Source: Salpingoeca rosetta
Lineage: Eukaryota; Protista; Choanoflagellata
Direction: 5' to 3'
Assembly: GCA_033442325.1 (NCBI GenBank)
Contig: JAWQFM010000010.1
Location: forward strand, 559,837 to 623,836
DNA: 64,000 nt
The translations under genes and the position numbers were made by a program. Shown piece by piece: positions 55,659 through 64,000 of this stretch. The notes beneath the pieces were generated by a model that worked only from the letters and a program-made list of their open reading frames with translations, was not told where the DNA came from and ran no database searches. Each line of letters starts with the position of its first letter. Position 1 is the stretch's first letter.

Positions 55659-56191
55659 ATGGACGCCAAGGCCGCAGCAGAGACCACCAAGCAGCTCCTG
55701 CAGGACCCTTTCACAAGGTTGGTGTCTGTGTGTCTGTGTCTCTGTGTGTGTCTGTGTGTGTCTGTGTGTGTCTGTGTGTCTGTGTGTCTGTGTCTGTGTG
55801 TCTGTGTCTGTGTCTGTGTGTCTGTGTCTGTGTCTGTGTGTCTGTGTGTGTGTCTGTGTGTCTGTGTGTCTGTGTGTGTGTGTCTGTGTGTGTGTCTGTG
55901 TGTCTGTGTGTGTCTGTGTGTGTGTGTGTGTGCGTGTCTGTGTGTCAGAGTGTACCTGCCTCTCTTTCTCTCTCTCCTCTCTTGTCTTCCTGCTCCTGTG
56001 ATGCTCTTCGACGTTCTTTGCCTCTGGCACTGTCGTGTTTGATTCTCACCATAGCCCATCTCCCCCCCCCGGCCAATCTCTGAATGTGCGTGCGTGCTGC
56101 AACACAACACAGGCAACTTGTTATCTCTGTGGGCATGTTTGTTGGCTTCATCTATGTGATCCGCAACCATCCCGATGAGCTGAAGATCTAA
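55659..56191 (+). CDS. 45-aa single-pass membrane microprotein, TOM6-like (small TOM complex subunit)
   Basis: Exon 1 55659-55717 and exon 2 56113-56191 join across a phase-2 GT-AG intron to give [45 protein letters not shown]-stop. Confidence 0.62.
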
Positions 56192-56668
56192 AGGAGCACG
56201 GCGCATGAACAACGCAAACACCAACAAAACAAACTGGTCAGCAAGAAGCACATTCGCCTCATGTATTTGCGCTTCGGTCTCTGGTCACCTTCACACTGGA
56301 ACATGTTGACATGCCTACGCTCATACACTTGTGCACACACGCACGCCCACACACATATTGACAGCACTCTCACACAATACGCTCGCTCACTCTTCCACTT
56401 GCATCTCGCACATTATTGTCATGCCACGTGTTCAGGACTGTCGCCAACCCCCCCCCCCCGTGTTTCGACAATGCCGCTTTCTGTTGCATCTGTTAGAGAC
56501 TCCATGTGATGTGATTGTGATGTTCTTCAACTGCATTCAAGCAAGGCATGAATGATATCACACTCACAATAAAACACCAAACCCCAAACGGCCAGCTTGC
56601 GCATTTTGCCATAAGTGTGCGTGTGTGTCTGTGTGTGTCTGTGTGTCTGTGTGTCTGTGTCTGTGTGT

Positions 56669-57023
56669 TCATGATGAAGAGAGTTGGCGGCTGACGAGGT
56701 CCCAATATCGTGAGCGAACGCTGTCCACTTCCTTCAACCTCTCGCACAGCTGCGCAAACAAACACATGTGTATGAGAGAGGGCGCGAGTGCGCGTGAGTG
56801 TGAGTGTGAGTGAGACGCGTGCGGAAGGAGACAAGCGGGAAGAAAGTACTGGCAAGTACGAACGTCGACATACCTTGATGCCTTCGTCGATATGTTGTTG
56901 CTTCTCTGCTCCGTGCAATGCCTGTCCAGCACAACCACACATATGTCGTGAATGAGGATGTGACCAGGCACTTTGATCAGAAAGAATCCCTGCGATGTAC
57001 ATGCAAACACACGACACACACAC

Positions 57024-57102
<79 letters not shown>

Positions 57103-57584
57103 CGTTTGCCTCAACCAACCACAAGTATACACACACAACCTTTGTGGCCGACTGCTGTGTGGCGGCGAGAAAAGCAAGCGCGTGTTGGGATGGCTCGTCG
57201 CCGTCTGCATCCACAGCGATATGCACTTGCAATGGCGCCCGCCGCGTGGGGAGGGGCGACATCACCACCACACATAACGCTGAAGTAGTGTTGTTGTTGT
57301 GGTGGTGGTGTNNNNNNNNNNNNNNNNNNNNNNNNNNNNNNNNNNNNNNNNNNNNNNNNNNNNNNNNNNNNNNNNNNNNNNNNNNNNNNNNNNNNNNNNN
57401 NNNNNNNNNNNNNNNNNNNNNNNNNNNNNNNNNNNNNNNNNNNNNNNNNNNNNNNNNNNNNNNNNNNNNNNNNNNNNNNNNNNNNNNNNNNNNNNNNGTG
57501 TGTGTGTGTGTGTGTGTGCGTGTGCGTGTGCGTGTGTGTGTGTGTGTTTGTGTGTGTTTGAGTGAGTGTGACTGTGTGTGCGAG

Positions 57585-57618
<34 letters not shown>

Positions 57619-58701
57619 CTGGTTGGAGGAACAATGCATGTGTACGTCAAGTGTCCAAACCAAGTCTCGCCCATGCAAGCTTGCACAAAATGCACACACA
57701 CGACACGGCGCATCACAACACGACTGACGGCTTGGAGGAGATCGTCGACAAATCCAAGGCCGCCGTCTCGCAACTTTGAAAACAAATTGTACTTCTCCAT
57801 CGCCCATTGTCTGATATGGACGCGCGCATATGGACAGACAGAGGTGAGGCGTCAGCTACTTCGGGAGGGTATGGTGTTCTTGCATGTCCACACACACACA
57901 CACACACACGCACGCACGCACACATTTGCACCCACACACACACGCGCGCGCACACACACACACACGCACACACACACACACAACCCTAACCAGTCTCATG
58001 TATACATCGTCGTGTAAACACCTGAAGGTCCATGCGTGGTAGTTCTTTGCGTCGTCACTGAGCGAGGCCTTTGTAAACTCCATCTCCGCGCTTGCGTCTC
58101 CCAAATGCTCAACAACTTTCTCCCGATGGTGCCTGCATTGCACACCACACACCACACACCACACACCACACACCACAACACACACGCTGTGATCAACCAC
58201 GTGCACGACCGAACGAAGCAAAGGAAAACGGGAAACTAAATAACAACTGCACGAAGCCATCAAGTTCTCCGCGCGCCGTTTGTTTCACTCGCAGCAATCT
58301 CGCCAACGCACCAGACTTGGTAGTTCTTGGGATTGTCCAGGATCACTTCCTCCAAGTACGAGAGCTCTTCGTGCAGGTCGGCTCCGAGCTCAAGCAACAC
58401 TTTTCTGCGGAAATGCCTGCTGGTGCGGTGCCGTGCATGAGTGCTGTGGGTGAGAGTGACAGCATATAACAGCAATCAAACACAAAAGAGCGCACAAAAC
58501 ACAAGCATGCAAGCGTGTTTGTGCACACAATAACACAATACAAAAGAGGCGCAAATTGCACGCACCAGACGCTGTAGTGTGCTGGGTTGTAGGCGATAAT
58601 CTCTGTGGTGAGGTTTAGTGCTCGCTGCGAAACTTCCCCACTCTTCAACAGTGCTCGATAGTAGCCCATCGCCCTCTTGTCTGTAATGTGTGTGTGCGTG
58701 C

Positions 58702-58800
<99 letters not shown>

Positions 58801-59001
58801 CACAACAGAATGGCAAACGCATGTGAATGGAACGGAGGAAGACATGTCACGGACACGCAAACGGCTCACGCGCTATCGCTTCCTTTTCGCATTCTCATGT
58901 GCCATACACATACATTCTTCGGTGTAGAGGATGGTGCACGCGGCGTCCTCCCCTTCCTCCTCCATCACAGGCTCCACATCCGTCCAGTCTGCCTCGTCCA
59001 T
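56669..59001 (-). CDS. FNTA: Protein farnesyltransferase/geranylgeranyltransferase-I alpha subunit; some exons probably lost in gap 57312-57497
   Basis: [18 protein letters not shown]|[32 protein letters not shown]|[12 protein letters not shown]|[14 protein letters not shown]|QW (PFTA repeats); C-terminus [16 protein letters not shown]. Confidence 0.94.
57312..57497. other. Assembly gap (186 N)
   Basis: N run inside FNTA. Confidence 1.
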
Positions 59002-59223
59002 GATTATGACTTGTCGTGCGCGGGTTGGTTGGTGGGAAGGGGTTTGCTGTCTGCTTGCTTGTCAGCTTGCTTCTTGCTTGTTGCCTTGTCTTCTTCTTGG
59101 ATTCTGAAGAGTGATGGGAGATGTGCACAATTTTCCGCAACTGCCAGCGAGTAAACGAGTGAACGGAGCGCGCCATCATCCACAACAACACCCGTGCACA
59201 AACGCAAGCAGCACCGAGCCAGG
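59002..59223. promoter_or_regulatory. Putative bidirectional promoter for FNTA/ARP8
   Basis: Only 222 bp between divergent start codons. Confidence 0.55.
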
Positions 59224-62200
59224 ATGGACGTGGACGAGGAAGATGTTGTGGTGGATGAGGAAGGGGAGATGGTGGTGGATGAAGAGGCAGACCAAGAGGC
59301 AATGGCGTTTGCGAAAGAGGACGGCATGATGAGCGAGGACGAAGCAGAGAGCGAGGATCTGGGAGAAGACGCGGATGACGACGACGACCAGCGCAGCGAG
59401 GCTGGGGAACAACAGGCAGCCACTGACACGACGACGGCCACAGGGAAGGAGAAGCAGCAACGGCAAAGAAATCAAAGCCCAGAAGAGCAACAAGTGAAAG
59501 ACGATTCCCAAGGCCAGCAGGAGGAGGGTGAAGCGAAGGAAGGCGATCAGCACAAGGCCAAGGTGGAAGGAGAAGAGGCAGCGGCCGAGGAGGAGGACCT
59601 CGTTGGGTCGGACGTGGTTGTGTTTCAGCCAGACACGTTCCACTTGGTGTTTGGACGGGCCAGTGATGGCCTTCCCATTGTGGAGCGGCATGCCATTGCA
59701 TACCGGAACAAGCCCACAACGGCGTCTTCAGCGGACAGTCACCACGGCACTACCCAAGGCCAGCAGCCGCCCGCCGTGCGCCAGCCGCAACCGGCGGCTG
59801 CATTTGGCGGCTTCGGACAGCCCGCACCAACCGCTGCAGACACCGCGCATGGCCATGAGCAAGGCATCTTTGCCTATGAAGATCCTGCCGTGGACATGGA
59901 GCAGCGAGAGCAGGCCCTGGCCGCGGTGCAGGCGGAGATGAAAATGGTGCGGGACACGCGCGGGCGGCGCCTTCCAGGCAGCAACGCGCTTGTTGACGAG
60001 AACAGACTACGCAAAGCACAGCAAGGGCCGCGAAAGCCAACGACCATCGCCGCGCAGAACGACCGGGACTCCGTCTTTGAGGATGTGGCGCCCGTTGGTG
60101 TGAACAAGATTGTCGGCCATCAGGTCACGCACCTGAAGCGCGACAGCAACTTCACCGTCTTCCACCCGCTGCTGCCGCTGGGCGATCTTGACTGCCGTAC
60201 GCGCTCGCGCACGGCTGTCGAGGACAGCATGGCTGATATCTGGCGAGAACTGCTGCAGCACCACCTGTCGTTGCGCCCTGCAGCTCTGCGCCGCATGCGC
60301 GCCGTCGTGCTGGTTCCCGACCTTGCTTCGCGCGCGTTCGTCCGCAGCGTGGTACGCGTCGTCTTGGACCTGCTTGGCTTCCAGAGCGTGCTCGTGCACC
60401 ATGATTCCGTCTGCGCGACCTTTGGCGCCGGGTTACCGGGTGCGTGTGTCGTCAACTTGCACGCGCGCAACACGTCTGTGTCGTGCGTGCAGGACGGCGT
60501 GGTCATTGGTGAGACGCGGATGCAGCTGCCATATGGACTGTTTGACGTTGCCCGCACGGCCGGGTGGCTTATGGAGCGTGTCTACTTCCACGACCAGCCA
60601 TCCCCCATCTCATATCGAAGCGTACATGATATGGAGAGCCTGTTGCGCTTCAATGACGACAACCTCCACTTTGTTCTTCCAGAGGCGTCGCAGAAACCGC
60701 ACACGCTCACGCTGCGCTACCCGTGCGAGCACACACTCAAGTACCACATTGTCCTCGCCCAGCAGGTGCTGCGGGCGCAAGGGAGTGGTGTGTGTCTGTG
60801 TGGGTGGGTGTGTGTGCTTGTATGAGGGGAGGAGCAAAGCTCGTCAATAGCATTAACGTCCAACTCATTCTCCACCATGACTCAATCTCCATCGTTGCTC
60901 CCCCAGGTTGTGTTTGCGCCGTACGGGCTGTTCTACCCGGTGCTGCTCGGCCTCGACCCGACCGCCGCCACCGCGTATACCGTCGCGAACGGCGATGACC
61001 CCGAGGATGCAGTCGTCGACGACAACAGACCAAGTGCGGCCGTGGTCGCGGTGGTGTGTGGGGGGGAGGGTAATCTGTGTCTGTGTGTGTGTGTGTCTGT
61101 GTGTGTGTCTGTGTGTCTGTGTGTGTGTGTGTCTGTGTGTGTGTGTGTCTGTGTGTGTTTTGTGTAACCGTAGCTGACGACTTGGTTTTGCGGTTTCCCT
61201 CTTGTTGCAGATCAGTCAACAACGACAGCGAACAACACATCGTCGACACCGACAGGATCCACCACACCAGTGCCTGCAGGGACGGGATCGCCTCCGGTTC
61301 GTGCACGTCGAGGATACGCGGATGCATGCAATGCACGCTCCCTACCTGTCCGTATGTTCCCCCTCCCCAACTGTTCCACCATCACCCACCACCCACCGCT
61401 CACCATGACCCTTGATGCCATGACTGCGGCGTACAGAAGCGCGCCAAGCTGTCCCGGCGGTCAACAGCCCGCTCGCGATCAGCAGCCAACGACGTAGCAT
61501 CACCATCCACCTCCACAGCAGCAACACCCCAGCAGCCGCCGCCATCGCGTATTCGCGGCCGCAACAGCAGCACCAGCGGCGGTGGTGGCAGCGGTGGTGG
61601 TGTGGTCACACCGGTTCCTGTCAAGGGAGGTGTCGCTGCTGCACCAGCGCCCGCGCACGCGGTGGGTGGATGGTGTGTGTATATGTGTATGAGTGTGTAC
61701 TGTGTATGTGTGTGTGTTGTGTGTGTGTGTGTGTGACTGTGTGTGTGTGCACGATGCAGCAAGCTTTGCGAATGCTTATCCCTGTTTGTTTGCTCCCCCT
61801 GCCGTCTGCGTGTCTTCCAGACGCCCATGCTCCCGCTGGACAGGGCCGTTGTGCAGTCCATCTTGGGCGTGCCGAGCTTGGGCGTGCGCGGCAAGATGTG
61901 GCAGGCAATCATTCTAACAGGATCGGGGGCAAAGTGAGTTTTGTGTATGTATGTGAGAGTGTGTCTGTGCCTGTGCCTGTGTCTCTATGTTCGTGTGTCT
62001 GTCTGCCCGTCCGTTTCTCTGCATGTCCGTCTGTCCGCGTGTCTGTCCGTATTTGTGTCGACTGTCTCCACTGTGACAGTCCCCCTCCTCTCAATCTGCA
62101 TCCAATCGCACCCCCTCTGGTTGTCAGGTACCGTAACTTTGCAAACACGCTGCAGCAGCGGCTGTTCATGGTGATGAGCGAACTGAAGCTGGCTGTGGAC

Positions 62201-62307
62201 GACATTGTTGTGCTCGACAAGGCGAAAGACATCGACCCAGCCCACCTCACCTGGAAAGGTACCTGGTGTGGTTATTGTGGTGGCGGGTTTTGTGTGTGTG
62301 TGTGTGT

Positions 62308-62377
<70 letters not shown>

Positions 62378-62600
62378 CGTTTGATTATTTTCCAGCCTGC
62401 CCCGGCTCTTCAAACACTCACTCACTCACTCACACCTCACACGTGCACTCACTCACTCACTCACGCGCATCCCATTGCCTTGTGCAGGCGGGGCCATCCT
62501 TGCGCAGCTGCAGGCGGCAGACGAGATGTGGGTGACACAGGACGTGTGGCAGCGGCTCGGAACACGTGCACTGCGCGAGGTGTTCCCCTTTGAGTGGTGA
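59224..62600 (+). CDS. ACTR8: Actin-related protein 8 (INO80 complex subunit)
   Basis: VVVFQPDTFHLVFGRASDGLP..HAIAYR; RAVVLVPD; HHDSVCATFGAGLPGACVVN..TSVSCVQDG; PLDRAVVQSI; DIDPAHLTWK|GGAILAQL..EMWVTQDVWQRLGTRALREVFPFEW-stop. Confidence 0.93.
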
Positions 62601-62857
62601 TCGTGGCGCTGCCGTTACGCACTCGCGCGCCGCTGGGTTGCTTTGCTGGGTTATCCGTGTCCACATGGAGCTTCGTTTATTTCGTGTTCGCTTGATGATA
62701 GTGATGATAGTGATGAGGGTGGTGGTGGTGGTGGTCGTCGTCGTCGTCGTCGTCGCTGTTGTTGTTGTTGTTGTTGTTGTATGGTCGTGATCGTGATATG
62801 TACACATCCATTACACGAGACACACACGCGCGCGCGCACACACCAACACATGCGCTG

Positions 62858-63559
<702 letters not shown>

Positions 63560-64000
63560 CGTGTTCCGTGTTTGGTGGGTGGACTGTGCTGCTTGCTTCA
63601 TCTTTTGCTTCGTTGCTTCTTGTTTACTCGCCACAAGCAAGCAAACGCGCGACATGGAAGCAACGCAAAGAAAGCAAGGGAATGGGGCGAGGGGAGGGGG
63701 GGGGGGTTGGCCTACTTGAATCTGAAGAAGAGAGCAATGAAGAAGGGAAAAGCAAAGGAGCATGGCATGGTGCAGGTTATCTCGGCTGGTCGACTTCCTT
63801 CATGGCTGATCTCATATCCAAGGGCGTGGAACGTGACACGCGGCTCTGCAAGTTGGTTTGGTGATTGAGCGTGGCAGTGTGTGTGTGTGTGCGTGTGTGC
63901 GTGTGTGTGTGTGTGTGTGTGTAAGACAAGAGGGCAGGCAAGGATGTGAGTGGAAGACAAAAGGGGAGGAGACGTGTTAGAATGGCAGTGAACCAGCCCA

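Noticed and set aside
63712-63960. Possible terminal exon of a further minus-strand gene at the right edge
   Set aside because: An acceptor-like TTGCAG is present, but no recognisable protein and too little context.

Overview
Gene-dense, intron-rich eukaryotic DNA whose introns are packed with microsatellites ((CA/GT)n, (ACC)n, (TTG)n, (GAT)n, tetramers). This style plus a holozoan gene set (SH2D4, ASH1L, SPATS2, CREB3-type bZIP) suggests a choanoflagellate such as Salpingoeca rosetta; this is an inference. Manual splicing at GT-AG boundaries gives 13 genes in order: RRP12 (-, runs off the left edge), SH2D4A/B-like (+), SCYL2 (-), SPATS2-like (-), RPL28 (+), an orphan with a PEGA-like tail (+), a CREB3/OASIS-like bZIP (-), ASH1L-like (-), COPB2 (+), a 45-aa TOM6-like microprotein not recovered as a protein by the ORF track (+), FNTA (-), ARP8 (+) and an internally shortened ATG10 (-). 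Eight of them form four head-to-head pairs, and there are three assembly gaps. Most supplied ORFs are repeat-driven artefacts. No rRNA, tRNA, CRISPR array or transposase was recognised. Family assignments come from my recall of reference sequences, not from database searches. Best leads: the TOM6-like microprotein; animal-type regulators with intact architecture (SPATS2, PP1-docking SH2D4, membrane-tethered CREB3, full ASH1L); and a possible repeat-encoded splicing logic (complementary AC/GU tracts, acceptors without U-rich tracts, CUCAC arrays).
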